From Spirochaetota bacterium (lineage in GTDB: Bacteria > Spirochaetota > UBA4802 > JAFGDQ01): a DNA stretch of 64,000 bases. The position numbers were made by a program, and so were the translations under genes. The notes below the pieces were generated by a model that saw nothing but the letters and a program-made list of their open reading frames with translations, did no database searches and was not told where the DNA came from. Below, piece after piece: positions 31,044 through 42,166 of the stretch (its first letter is position 1; every line of letters begins with the position of its first letter). The stretch spans positions 44,064 through 108,063 of the forward strand of contig JAZDKB010000020.1 of the NCBI GenBank assembly GCA_043803405.1, read 5' to 3'.

Positions 31044-32324
31044 TTAAATCAAAGGCTGATCCTGCCTCCAGTCAAGCGGCAGGACTTTTATCATATCTCC
31101 TGCTTTGACATCAGATCCTTCCGGAATAATGGTCAGGGAATTGGCAGCCGCTATGGAAGCGAGCATGCCCAGTTGATCCCCAAGATTGAGCTTTACCCTG
31201 TATGTGCCCTGCATCTTCTCTAAATGTGAATATTTTACAAAAGCCATAGCCATTTTCTGGAGAGGCGAGTCCAAAGCAGTTGCTTCGACAACAGGATGAG
31301 CCACATCTTTTATGCCGCGCATTTTAAGAAGAGCAGGCCTTACAAGTGTTTCAAAATTTACGATGCATCCTGCGGGCGGGCCTGCCAGGGAAAAAACCGG
31401 TATTGCCGCATCGCCGTTCCCCGCGGCCGATTTGCTGATCAATCCGAATGAAACCGGCGCGCCGGGGCCCATCTTAATTCTGGAAAAAATTACTTTTCCG
31501 AGCTTTGCAATTATAAGCCTAACCAGGTCATAATCTCCCTTGGATACTCCTCCGCTCGTGATTATGGCATCCGCCCTCATCCCCTTCCGAAATCTGCAAA
31601 TCAGGTCAGATTCGTTATCGCGGGCAATTCCCAGAATTTTAGGAATGCCTCCATAATGCGAAACAAGGGACGCAAGCGCCGCTGAATTGCCGTTATATGT
31701 TTTGCCTGTAGTAAGTAAATTTCCGGGATTAACCAGTTCGTCGCCTGTGGAAATTATTGCAACCACAGGACGGCTGATTACTTTAACAAATGTTATACCG
31801 ACAGACGCAAGTGCGGATATCTGTGCCGGACCTATAACTGTACCTTTCATCACAATAAGCGTATCTTTCATTACGCCGCTGCCTGCCAGCCTTATGTTTT
31901 CGCCGGGGTTAACTTTTGTATAAATTTTTACATGTGCAGGATTATTGTTATTGGGGCCGTTTTTATCGTCCGGCTCGTCAGTGTCCTCAAACCGGACAAC
32001 ACAGTCTGCTCCATACGGAATCACGGAACCTGTCATGATGCGGATAGCGGTTCCAGGTTTCACGATGCAGCGGGTAGGGCGTCCGGCACGGGCAGTAGTA
32101 AGGATTTTTAAAATTACCGGATCGCGCATAGAAGCTTCTTTAATATCAGCCGCTTTTACCGCATAGCCGTCGGGACCTGAAATTGCCCACTGCGGCAGAT
32201 CAAGGGGAGAATAAATGTCCTCTGCCAGTATTTGGCCTGCTGATTCAAGGAGAGGTTTTTCGACTTCTTTTAAAATTTTAATATTTTCCAGCATTATTTT
32301 TAATGCTTCTTCATAATTTAACAT
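31044..32324 (-). CDS. moeA: Molybdopterin molybdotransferase MoeA (divergent)
   Basis: DGYAV, RIMTG, STGDEL, TSGGVSKGDYD; several other signature motifs altered. Confidence 0.85.
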   Translation of the reverse strand: MLNYEEALKIMLENIKILKEVEKPLLESAGQILAEDIYSPLDLPQWAISGPDGYAVKAADIKEASMRDPVILKILTTARAGRPTRCIVKPGTAIRIMTGSVIPYGADCVVRFEDTDEPDDKNGPNNNNPAHVKIYTKVNPGENIRLAGSGVMKDTLIVMKGTVIGPAQISALASVGITFVKVISRPVVAIISTGDELVNPGNLLTTGKTYNGNSAALASLVSHYGGIPKILGIARDNESDLICRFRKGMRADAIITSGGVSKGDYDLVRLIIAKLGKVIFSRIKMGPGAPVSFGLISKSAAGNGDAAIPVFSLAGPPAGCIVNFETLVRPALLKMRGIKDVAHPVVEATALDSPLQKMAMAFVKYSHLEKMQGTYRVKLNLGDQLGMLASIAAANSLTIIPEGSDVKAGDMIKVLPLDWRQDQPLI

Positions 32325-32403
32325 AGCTTTTCCTTTCTAGCTTGTTCAGATTATTTTAAACCTATATCTAAATTTAACCGTTTTATCCCCAATCTAATTT
32401 TTA

Positions 32404-32441
32404 CGTTATGTCAAACGAAACATATCGAATATATCTGTCAA
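32404..32441 (-). promoter_or_regulatory. ModE-like box F upstream of moeA operon
   Basis: CGTTATGT-N8-ACATATCG (32404-32427); TGTCAA at 32436-32441. Confidence 0.85.
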
Positions 32442-32478
32442 GGTTTTTTTTATAATATTTACAAAGCATTATACGCTT

Positions 32479-33834
32479 TTAAATAAAAAATAAATCATTC
32501 TCAGGATTATCTCTCTCGACTCTGTTCATCAAGGCATTTAAAATCATTTCCAGAATGCGTATAGCTCCACGGTAACCGACAATCGGCAAATAGGAATGAA
32601 TATGCCTGTCCATGACGGGAAATCCGATTCTGACAAAAGGCACATCCTCTGTTCGTGATAAAAATTTTCCATGGGTCTCACCCATAAGCAAATCCACATG
32701 ATCATTTTTAATCCATTGTTGCAGATCAAATAGGTCAGCCGGACTTTTAGCCATACCATTTATATTGTATTTTGTAAAAACTTTCTGCATTCTCTCTTCA
32801 AAATAAACCCCCGGTGTTCCGCTGACCGCATATTTAGGAACTAATCCAATCCCAGCCAGAAATTCGGCAAGCGCGATTATCAGATCAGGGTCCCCGAATA
32901 GAGCTATTTTCTTACTATAAAAATATGACTGTGCATCCAAAATAATATCTATAACCTGTTCTCTTTCTTCTTCTAAATCAGGAGCAACATCCCGATGGCT
33001 TAACTTTGTCAATGCCATAATAAAACGGTCCGTTGCATCAATACCGATTGGCAGGTCCATTAATTCTAAAGGCACTCCGCACTGATTTTGGAGTTGTACG
33101 GCAGCCTCCTCAGTTGCATATTTTCCAAAGGCAATTGTCTTCTTGCAATTTCCCAGATCGATAATATCTGAAACTTTGGTTCCACCGGATGGATATTCGT
33201 TAATCTTTTCGACTCCACGCTGGCCGAATATTCCGCAGGTATCCGGAAACAGGATATGATCTATGCCCATAAGGCAGGTGATTCGTTTAATTTCCTTCAT
33301 ATCGCCCGGGTTAACAAATCCCGGAAGAATACATATCTTATTATTAAGACACCTTTTTTTAGCTAAATATTTTATGGCGGCAACAAGCATATTGGAGAAT
33401 CCGGTAATATGAGAACCTGTAAAACTGGGAGTATTTGCATGAATTATATATTTTCCTTCCGGCATCGGAAAATCATGCAGACAGGCTTTAATATCGTCCC
33501 CGATGATTTCACTTAGACAGGTCGTATGTACTGCAATAATTTCCGGATCATACAGATTAATAATATTCCGGACTGCTGTCTGCAGGTTGGACTCTCCTCC
33601 AAATATGGATGCTGATTCCTTTAATACACTGGTTGTTATTTTAAAGGATTGGCGGAAATGTCTTTGCAACAGTGTTCTCTGGAAACGGCTGCAGCCGGAT
33701 GAGCCATGGCTATGGGGCATACAGCCGTGAATTCCCAGAGAAGCATATATCGCTCCCAAAGGCTGACATCCGGCTAACGGATTTATCCGCAGTGCCTCTC
33801 TGCCAACAGGTTCTTTCGGCGTCAAATCAAGCAT
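32479..33834 (-). CDS. Nitrogenase component 1 beta-like subunit (clostridial NifK-like)
   Basis: MLDLTPKE..REALRINP..CQP, HGSSGC, TTCLSE..GDD, NTPSF.GSH..G, RIGFP..DR. Confidence 0.9.
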   Translation of the reverse strand: MLDLTPKEPVGREALRINPLAGCQPLGAIYASLGIHGCMPHSHGSSGCSRFQRTLLQRHFRQSFKITTSVLKESASIFGGESNLQTAVRNIINLYDPEIIAVHTTCLSEIIGDDIKACLHDFPMPEGKYIIHANTPSFTGSHITGFSNMLVAAIKYLAKKRCLNNKICILPGFVNPGDMKEIKRITCLMGIDHILFPDTCGIFGQRGVEKINEYPSGGTKVSDIIDLGNCKKTIAFGKYATEEAAVQLQNQCGVPLELMDLPIGIDATDRFIMALTKLSHRDVAPDLEEEREQVIDIILDAQSYFYSKKIALFGDPDLIIALAEFLAGIGLVPKYAVSGTPGVYFEERMQKVFTKYNINGMAKSPADLFDLQQWIKNDHVDLLMGETHGKFLSRTEDVPFVRIGFPVMDRHIHSYLPIVGYRGAIRILEMILNALMNRVERDNPENDLFFI

Positions 33835-33848
33835 TGCAAACTCTCCTG

Positions 33849-35384
33849 CTACTCATGAGATTTTATTTTCCATGGCGCCACATTGTTCTGCCAAACCGCC
33901 ATCTGCATGTTCATTAATAAATCCCGTGCGAAAAGAATTGCTCCATGAAATCCGCCATAATCAAAACGATATTGATCCGTTTTAAAAAAGCAGAAGAAAG
34001 AATTGGCTGCAACTCCCGTAAAAATTTTTTTGATTCCAGGGAAATAAATATCGGGCTTAATAATCTTTAGCAAATGTTCGGTTTCTTCATGACTGAGATT
34101 GGGAATCAGCATACTATTGTAATCTGTTCTTGAATAAACGCCGTTATCGTAGTTAAACAATAGCTCAGGCATTATTTCTGTTTTTATTTCTTCAAATAAC
34201 CGGGAAGGAAGTGTAATATGGTAATGCTCCAGATCGGTGTCGTATCGCAATGTTCCTTTTTCTTTTGCGGCGGAAACTCCTGGAACACTTTCTGCCGCAG
34301 ACAGAAAGCTGATTTCGTTTTGTCCATTAGTACAAAATAATTCATTGCCGATAATCACAGGATTAACTTCCAGATCGGTAAGCAGCGCCTGATAATGGCG
34401 GGAAACGAATTCATCCTCAAAAATTACCGCTGTTTTATTTCTTAATTTATTTTTATAATTATTTAACTCATCCTGAATCTTTGCCAATTCTTCAGAAATT
34501 AATGCTTCCGTTCTATTCGCCAGTTCAGGTACATCGAAAAAATCAGCTATATTTTTTAAAGAATTAATTACATTATCCATACCTATAAAATTGAATTTAA
34601 GCCAATTTGTGCCGAACTTTTCATGCAGGACTTTAACCATGTCAGCCACGGCCTTATCGCTGCTGAATAAATTTAAATGAGCCTTATGGGCATTTTTCAG
34701 ATCATCGTAGCTGCCGTCTCCCATTAAGACCGCTACGATATCATAACCTATCTTTTTAAATATCCTGGTGATTTCCTTGGCTCTCTGGCCGTTAAAAAAC
34801 TCTCCTATAATATTTACCGGGTATTTACCCGTATTTTGTTGTCCGGTACCTATAACATTTTCAATGATACCCTGATTAGCCAGTCTATATCCGGGAATAC
34901 TTCTGAAACCTTCACAGGAAAAAGAAAGCACTTTAATTCCATATTCCATTTCTGCCTGTTGTGCGATGCTCTGTATGTCATCACCTATTAACCCAACAGG
35001 ACATGTGGAACAAATCGCGATGACTTGCGGATGAAAAATATTAACTGCTTCTTTTATAGCCTGCTTCAATTTTTTTTCTCCGCCAAAAATGACATCGCTT
35101 TCTTCCATGTTAGTTGAAAAGTCGTAGCTGAAATAATCATCTTTTGCATTTTCAGGCATTTGCCGGATGCGATTGCCTCCCCATGAATAGTAAGAGCAGC
35201 CTACCGGTCCGTGGGTAATGATAAAAATACCGCTGATTGGTGTCAAAACCAATCCTTTGCAGGCCATGTAGGAACAGCCGTGCTTGCATAATATGCCGGG
35301 GGTGTCCATTATCAGGCTGCTGATCTCTCTTTCTCCGGTAATGACTTTATGTTTCAAATCATCACATTCAGTAATCGACTTCAT
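33849..35384 (-). CDS. Nitrogenase component 1 alpha-like subunit lacking FeMo-co ligands
   Basis: GCSY, HGPVGC, FSTNMEESDVIFGG, TCPVGLIGDD, CEGF; LNLFSSDK at the Cys275 site, no H-S-x-D-Y motif. Confidence 0.9.
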   Translation of the reverse strand: MKSITECDDLKHKVITGEREISSLIMDTPGILCKHGCSYMACKGLVLTPISGIFIITHGPVGCSYYSWGGNRIRQMPENAKDDYFSYDFSTNMEESDVIFGGEKKLKQAIKEAVNIFHPQVIAICSTCPVGLIGDDIQSIAQQAEMEYGIKVLSFSCEGFRSIPGYRLANQGIIENVIGTGQQNTGKYPVNIIGEFFNGQRAKEITRIFKKIGYDIVAVLMGDGSYDDLKNAHKAHLNLFSSDKAVADMVKVLHEKFGTNWLKFNFIGMDNVINSLKNIADFFDVPELANRTEALISEELAKIQDELNNYKNKLRNKTAVIFEDEFVSRHYQALLTDLEVNPVIIGNELFCTNGQNEISFLSAAESVPGVSAAKEKGTLRYDTDLEHYHITLPSRLFEEIKTEIMPELLFNYDNGVYSRTDYNSMLIPNLSHEETEHLLKIIKPDIYFPGIKKIFTGVAANSFFCFFKTDQYRFDYGGFHGAILFARDLLMNMQMAVWQNNVAPWKIKSHE

Positions 35385-35388
35385 TTAT

Positions 35389-36246
<858 letters not shown>

Positions 36247-37032
36247 TCAATTACGTAAGGCTATACAGCTTTTTAAATCATAACCATCGTTGTCTGTTAT
36301 CTTTGTTATTCTCACATTAATCCCATAAGTTTCTCTCATTTTTATCTCTGTGATAATGTTATCTGCCATGCCGATTTCGAATCCATTTCTGTTCATTAAA
36401 CCTATTTTGGGAGAACATAAAAAAGCGTGATTGGGAAAATGTGAGGTCATTATAATACCGATCCCTTCTTCCGACAGTTTTTTAATTTGCAGCAGAACCC
36501 TTACCTGATTGCCATAATCCAGATTGGAAGTGGGCTCATCAAGAACAAGAATCCTCGGCTTTTGCGTAAGGGCGCGGGCTATGAGAACCATTTGTCTCTC
36601 ACCGCCGCTTATTTCGGTATAAATCCGGTCTCTCAAAAATGAAACTCCCAGCTTATCAAGCGATTCTTCGGCAAGCTCAACGTCGTGCCGGGAAGGAGAC
36701 GAGAAAAGCCCAAGGTGCGCGATCCTCCCCATTAGAACAACATCCAGAACAGTATAAGGGAAAGGCGGAGTATGCGCCTGCGGCACATAACCGAGCGCTC
36801 TGGCTAAGAGAGGTTTGGACCATTTTTTAATATTTTGTCCGTCAATGGAAATCTCTCCGCCTATTAATGCAATAAAACCAAGAACGGATTTAAACAACGT
36901 TGTTTTCCCTATCCCATTCGGACCAAGCAGGCAAAGGAACTCACCTGCTTCGATTTTAAAGGAAATATTCCGGAGAATTATCCTTTTTGCATACCCCAGA
37001 AACGCATCTTTTACTTCCAGTATCATGTCCAT
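36247..37032 (-). CDS. ABC ATPase (metal-chelate type)
   Basis: GPNGIGKT, ISGGERQ, VLDEPT, SHFPNHA. Confidence 0.92.
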   Translation of the reverse strand: MDMILEVKDAFLGYAKRIILRNISFKIEAGEFLCLLGPNGIGKTTLFKSVLGFIALIGGEISIDGQNIKKWSKPLLARALGYVPQAHTPPFPYTVLDVVLMGRIAHLGLFSSPSRHDVELAEESLDKLGVSFLRDRIYTEISGGERQMVLIARALTQKPRILVLDEPTSNLDYGNQVRVLLQIKKLSEEGIGIIMTSHFPNHAFLCSPKIGLMNRNGFEIGMADNIITEIKMRETYGINVRITKITDNDGYDLKSCIALRN

Positions 37033-38180
37033 GAGTTCCTTTTTTTATATAATAAATAAATGAAGAAAGGCGCACCGATAATTGCGGTCAAAATACTAAG
37101 CGGTATCTCCAGCGAAAAAATTGTCCGCGATAAATCATCGATCAGAAGTAAATATGATCCGCCCAGCATAATTGACGCTGGCAGCATAAACCTGAAATCC
37201 GGCCCGACCAGTATCCGGGCAAGGTGAGGGATTATAAGTCCTACCCAGCCGATCATACCACCGGCCGCTACAGATGATGCTGTCAGCAGTGTAGCGCAGA
37301 TAATGTAAATAAAACGTATCTTTTGGGTATTTATTCCTAAAGACTGTGCTTCCTCCTCGCCGAAAGACAGGGCATTTAGCCTGTACCTTAAAAAAAACAT
37401 GGGGATAATACCGATTACACTCGGAATAAGAATTAATGGAATATTTTTTGATTTTATTGAAGAAAGACCGCCCATCAGCCAGAATGTTATTTCAGGCAAT
37501 TTGTTATTGGGATCGGCAGTAAATTTAATCAGGGAAATAAATGCCGCAAACAGGCTGGTCACAACCATACCTGTTAACACTACAACCAGAACGGCATTAT
37601 TTCTCCTGCCAATAAGACTGCTGATCAGGTAAGTCATCATAACAGCAATAATTCCGAACACAAATGCTACCAGCTGGATACTAAGCGAATCGAGCGAATA
37701 GAGAATTGCCAGGGCAGCGCCAAAGCCTGCGCCCGCAGAAGCTCCTAAAATATCCGGCGAGACCATGGGATTACGGAAGAGTCCCTGAAAAGCGGCTCCT
37801 GATGCCGAAAGAACGGAACCTATAATAAGCGCGACAATTATTCTCGGTATGCGTATATTGAATAATACGGTTTCCATCGTATCCGGAAATACTGCCGGAA
37901 GTCCGTATAACTTACCGAAAAAAATTGTTAAAAGCTGCTTCAAGGGAACTGCATAACGGCCTACTGTAAAGGACCAGAGAAATATAACTATGAGCAGAAC
38001 GAACAAAATTACAAGCACAGGTCCGCTCTTTCTAGTCCTTATCTTAGGGATTGCATTTACTGCCACAGTATCGCTTTGCATTAATCTGTCTTTCGCAGTA
38101 TTGGAAAACTGCATTAATAGGTCTCCATTCAGCTTTTTCAATTTATCAATCCAATAGCTTTTTTCAAATCTTACCCCCAT
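37023..38180 (-). CDS. FecCD/BtuC-family ABC permease
   Basis: RIPR, FQGLFRNPMVSPDILG, GEEEAQSLG, GWVGLIIPH; true start may be downstream. Confidence 0.92.
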   Translation of the reverse strand: MGVRFEKSYWIDKLKKLNGDLLMQFSNTAKDRLMQSDTVAVNAIPKIRTRKSGPVLVILFVLLIVIFLWSFTVGRYAVPLKQLLTIFFGKLYGLPAVFPDTMETVLFNIRIPRIIVALIIGSVLSASGAAFQGLFRNPMVSPDILGASAGAGFGAALAILYSLDSLSIQLVAFVFGIIAVMMTYLISSLIGRRNNAVLVVVLTGMVVTSLFAAFISLIKFTADPNNKLPEITFWLMGGLSSIKSKNIPLILIPSVIGIIPMFFLRYRLNALSFGEEEAQSLGINTQKIRFIYIICATLLTASSVAAGGMIGWVGLIIPHLARILVGPDFRFMLPASIMLGGSYLLLIDDLSRTIFSLEIPLSILTAIIGAPFFIYLLYKKRNSWT

Positions 38181-38270
38181 TTATCGTGGCAATTGAGTTA
38201 AACAGAATAAACAAAATACTAACCGCTGATAACAATGATAACAAACCGACGTGCTTGCGCTTAAGCCACT

Positions 38271-39404
38271 CTAATGAGTAACTGAATACCTAAGCAGTTC
38301 GGCAACCTGCTTGTCTGTCAGTTTTTGATTCAGAAAGAGAGAAAAGAAATTTTTTATTTCCTGATTCAGGTCAATTTTTACATAATCCGGATAAACCACT
38401 TTAGCCAGCCATTGAATTCCCAGAACCCTCATAATGTTAGGCGGACGATCGAACCATCCGAAAGGAATTGTTGGAGTAATGTATACTTTCCCTTTTTTTA
38501 TAGCATTAATCTTACCCCAGGATGGATCTTTCAATATGCTGTCATAATTTTGCGTTCCTCCTGTCGATGAGCTGACCAGAATTACATCGGGATTCCATAA
38601 AAGTACCTGTTCCAAGGAAACAGGCGTCATGCCCTGTCCGCTCTTATTCATCACATTAGCTACATTTTTGCCTCTGACGAATCTTAATACATCGACATGA
38701 TGATTGGCCTCCGGTTCGGTAGCAAGCCCGGATGTTCCCTCCGCATAATACACATTAACTAATTTTTCCTCCGGAATTTTTTCAACCATCGAAGAAATTG
38801 CCGACATTTTCTGTTCAGAATATAATGCCAGTTTTTCAGCCCTTTCTTTGACTCCTAAAATATCCCCCATAATTCTGTAAGCCTGCGGAGTAGATGTAAA
38901 AGTGGAATCTAAAATTACAACAGGCTTTTTGGTTTGAGCTGTTATTCCGTCGGAAGTCTCTATTGTTTTAATTTTATTTTCAGGATCAAGGTCCGTCATA
39001 AAAATAATAACGTCCAGAGGCTGTTTGGCTATTTCCTCAAGATTGGCAGTGCACTTCTCACCCATCCATCCGCCGAGAACCGGAAGTTTTTTAAGACGGT
39101 CATTCAAGTATTTTGAATGGGAGGTGGCGCCAACCCTAGCTGCCATTTTTTCCGGTGCCAGAGAATAAAGCATCGCCTCAGCAGTTGGCACGGCGCAATA
39201 AACAGCATTAACCTGTGCCGGGATTTTTACCTTTCTGCCTGCCATGTCCGTTATTATCCTGGTAGCTGAGGATGCGGTTATCGTATCCTGGCCAGTACTG
39301 TCCGTCTTATTGCTGCAATTATACTGCAGCAATATCGTTAACCAGAAGCAAACTATAATAGCTGCTCCTTTGGTGACATATTTTCTCATGCTAATTTTTT
39401 TCAT
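38271..39404 (-). CDS. Metal-chelate ABC substrate-binding protein (probable lipoprotein)
   Basis: ITDMAGRKVKIP, VSLEQVLLWNPD, PFGWFDRPP. Confidence 0.9.
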   Translation of the reverse strand: MKKISMRKYVTKGAAIIVCFWLTILLQYNCSNKTDSTGQDTITASSATRIITDMAGRKVKIPAQVNAVYCAVPTAEAMLYSLAPEKMAARVGATSHSKYLNDRLKKLPVLGGWMGEKCTANLEEIAKQPLDVIIFMTDLDPENKIKTIETSDGITAQTKKPVVILDSTFTSTPQAYRIMGDILGVKERAEKLALYSEQKMSAISSMVEKIPEEKLVNVYYAEGTSGLATEPEANHHVDVLRFVRGKNVANVMNKSGQGMTPVSLEQVLLWNPDVILVSSSTGGTQNYDSILKDPSWGKINAIKKGKVYITPTIPFGWFDRPPNIMRVLGIQWLAKVVYPDYVKIDLNQEIKNFFSLFLNQKLTDKQVAELLRYSVTH

Positions 39405-39479
39405 TTTCCATTCCTCTATGCTTTTTCACAACTGACTGCCGTTTTTAAAACTGATAGCATTAATTCCTTTGAGCATGTG

Positions 39480-39516
39480 TACAAAGAGCAATGCCGGCCC
39501 GGCATCACTCTTTGTA
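39480..39516. terminator. Intergenic hairpin
   Basis: TACAAAGAG..ATGCCGG / CCGGCAT..CTCTTTGTA. Confidence 0.5.
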
Positions 39517-39529
39517 TTTAAATCTGCGT

Positions 39530-41872
39530 TTAAATATCCATTTGTAACCCTGCAAAGAATGTCCTCGGAGCACCGACATTGTATGTCAGAGACTGGTAAT
39601 CCGTTGAGCTGTTCGATGCGTTTGAGCTTGCCACATACTTTTCGTTAAGCACATTTGTTACCGAAAACTTCAAAGCAATATTCTGGCTGTCAGAAGTTTT
39701 TATTTTCCAGTTCATATCCAGATCAACCACGAAAAACTGATCCATGCTGTAATGGTTTTCAACATCTGCATAACGTTTGCCGATATAACGAGCAGTAGGA
39801 CCGACCGTCAGCCCACCTACCTGCCAGTTAACGCTTAAATTACTGACAAAGTGAGGCACTTCAGGCAACTCGTTGCCTTTAGAATCGATTGTAGTATTTC
39901 CCGCAGCTTTAAGATCTTCGGTGAATTCATATTGATTATAAGCGAAGGCTAATTTTGCATTTAATCCGCGGATAAATGTATACCCAGCTCCGATTTCCAT
40001 ACCATATCCCTGCGCTGTGGCGTTAGTCTGCTGATAACTCATGTTAAGATCAGGATCGTAGAAACTTCCTCCAACGTTTCTCATATAGGAATAATATAAA
40101 GTAGATTCAATAGTGCAATCACCGAATGCCATATTAGTCCCAAGGTCGAAATTATCGGAAACTTCCGGCTTTCTTTTATTGGAATATAAATCTTGCATTT
40201 TTTCCTGTGCGGCTTGTGGTGTATATCCCTTAGTTGTTGTTAGTGTATTATATAATGAATCGAATTGATTTGGAAGTCCGCCCGGATTATCATAATTACG
40301 GCCATATATCAGTTTAAAGCTTAGCTTATCAAAAACCTGGTATGTTGTTCCTGCATTTGGCAGCCAAATATCATATTTCGAGCCATTTAAATGATATTTC
40401 TTTTCAGTAGACCGATCAATGGCATCAGAATAGCTTATATCCCAGTCAGAAGTATTCGTATTAGATGTCTTATAACTATCATAATCCGATTCTTTAACGT
40501 GATGGTATCTAAGACCGGCATTAACTGTTAAAGGGCCAAAGCTCCTGTCTCCAGCAATATATGGGCTATTGTACTGGGCAGTACTTGCCTTTATCAGCGT
40601 AGACCAGCTGTTAAATTCCAATCTGCCTGTAGTAGAATTAAAAGTTCGTTTTTTTTGAGCAACATTTGGCCCTGGTGGCAAACTCTCCGCATACCAGTAG
40701 CCTGCTTTTATTTGTCCGTCGGTTATCTGCTGTTGGTACTCAAGTATTCCTCCGTAACAATAATGATCAGCAAGATTTTCCGTGACATAGTAGCTGCTGC
40801 CGGATTTTGAGCCTCCGTAACTGAATCCTTTCTCATTTAAGTAATACGGTTTTAATGTCAGGCTCGATTCGCCGAGAAAAGGCAAAGGTGTTTTTATTTT
40901 GCCGATAAATGCACTGGTTGAAAAACGCTGCCGGTTATAATCATAATAATTATAATCATGTGAAGAGTCCCCGGTTAATGTGTTATAATAGTCGTTCTTA
41001 TAATTATTTGAAAGATGCTTTGATTCATTATAACTCAGAGGTTTATAGAGATGTTGCACATCGTCATTATAGAAGCTGTTAAGTTCCCACTCTATTGGCT
41101 GTCCGGCAGTGCTCGCAATGCCACAGGCAAAATTTTTACGTCCATCCGGAGAGTTGCCTTCGCCTTTCCACTTATCAGCATCCGTAAATGATCCGGAAAC
41201 GAATACCCTGGCAACATTTCCCACATTCCCGGAATCTACTCTTGCGTAACTGCGGCTAAAATCATTAGTACCGAATATCTGTTTACCAGTCGCATGTAAT
41301 TCATCTGACGGTTTTTTTAAATACATCTCAAACACGCCAAAATTATTGCCTGATCCGAAACCGCTGTCCGCAGGTACCGGTCCTTTTATTACGGTAATTG
41401 AATCGATATTTTCAAGATCGATTATAGTGCTTAATCCGGTACCCGGGCCGCGTTGTTTAATGGGAAGGCCTTCAATACCCTCACCGTCATTACTAAAACC
41501 TTTGCCGCGGATACGATGTGAAACATTCAATCCTATTGCGTCCAATGTTCTCACGTCTACGCCAGGTACAGTAGATATCGCTTTGTATGGACTTATCTGT
41601 GCCGCACCGCCCTGAACATCGATTGTGGATTTATCGACTGTCTTTTTTGTTGCCGACTCTTTCTGAGACTTCACTACCACTTCCGGGAGCGTCATTGCTT
41701 CATTACTTTTGTTTTTCTCGGTATCAGCTTTTTTTTCTGCATCTGCCGCTGCCTCTTTTTTATTGATATCTTTACCCGCATCCTGAGCATTGACTTCTTT
41801 GAAAAGTATTGTGCCGGATAGTAAATATAAAATTATTATTATTCTGTTGATTATGCTGTATTTGTTTTTCAT
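39530..41872 (-). CDS. TonB-dependent receptor
   Basis: Signal peptide, LPEVVV TonB box, RIRG, IDLENI..I.VIKG, N..N..Y...GAPRTFF. Confidence 0.92.
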   Translation of the reverse strand: MKNKYSIINRIIIILYLLSGTILFKEVNAQDAGKDINKKEAAADAEKKADTEKNKSNEAMTLPEVVVKSQKESATKKTVDKSTIDVQGGAAQISPYKAISTVPGVDVRTLDAIGLNVSHRIRGKGFSNDGEGIEGLPIKQRGPGTGLSTIIDLENIDSITVIKGPVPADSGFGSGNNFGVFEMYLKKPSDELHATGKQIFGTNDFSRSYARVDSGNVGNVARVFVSGSFTDADKWKGEGNSPDGRKNFACGIASTAGQPIEWELNSFYNDDVQHLYKPLSYNESKHLSNNYKNDYYNTLTGDSSHDYNYYDYNRQRFSTSAFIGKIKTPLPFLGESSLTLKPYYLNEKGFSYGGSKSGSSYYVTENLADHYCYGGILEYQQQITDGQIKAGYWYAESLPPGPNVAQKKRTFNSTTGRLEFNSWSTLIKASTAQYNSPYIAGDRSFGPLTVNAGLRYHHVKESDYDSYKTSNTNTSDWDISYSDAIDRSTEKKYHLNGSKYDIWLPNAGTTYQVFDKLSFKLIYGRNYDNPGGLPNQFDSLYNTLTTTKGYTPQAAQEKMQDLYSNKRKPEVSDNFDLGTNMAFGDCTIESTLYYSYMRNVGGSFYDPDLNMSYQQTNATAQGYGMEIGAGYTFIRGLNAKLAFAYNQYEFTEDLKAAGNTTIDSKGNELPEVPHFVSNLSVNWQVGGLTVGPTARYIGKRYADVENHYSMDQFFVVDLDMNWKIKTSDSQNIALKFSVTNVLNEKYVASSNASNSSTDYQSLTYNVGAPRTFFAGLQMDI

Positions 41873-42057
41873 GGTGTCTTTTCCTAAAGATGTAAGAAAT
41901 TTATTTAATATTCTTTTGACATTATCTCGGATGATGGAGACTTTCCGGGATTCTTTACTAACGAAAATGAATTTCGTAGTTATTATTACATTGTGCTTTT
42001 ATCTTCGCTGATACCCATAGGCAGCCTCCTTTATACATGTATTACTAAAAAAATAGA

Positions 42058-42096
42058 CGCTATGTCTAAAAAAACATAACGTCTATTTCCTGTCAA
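42058..42096 (-). promoter_or_regulatory. ModE-like box G heading the receptor-ABC-nifHDK-like operon
   Basis: CGCTATGT-N8-ACATAACG (42058-42081); TGTCAA at 42091-42096. Confidence 0.82.
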
Positions 42097-42166
42097 GAGT
42101 TTTTAAAAAATTTCTTAACTCTGTTAATCCAAAATCAAATATAAATTTTTTATTTAAAAAAGCATT

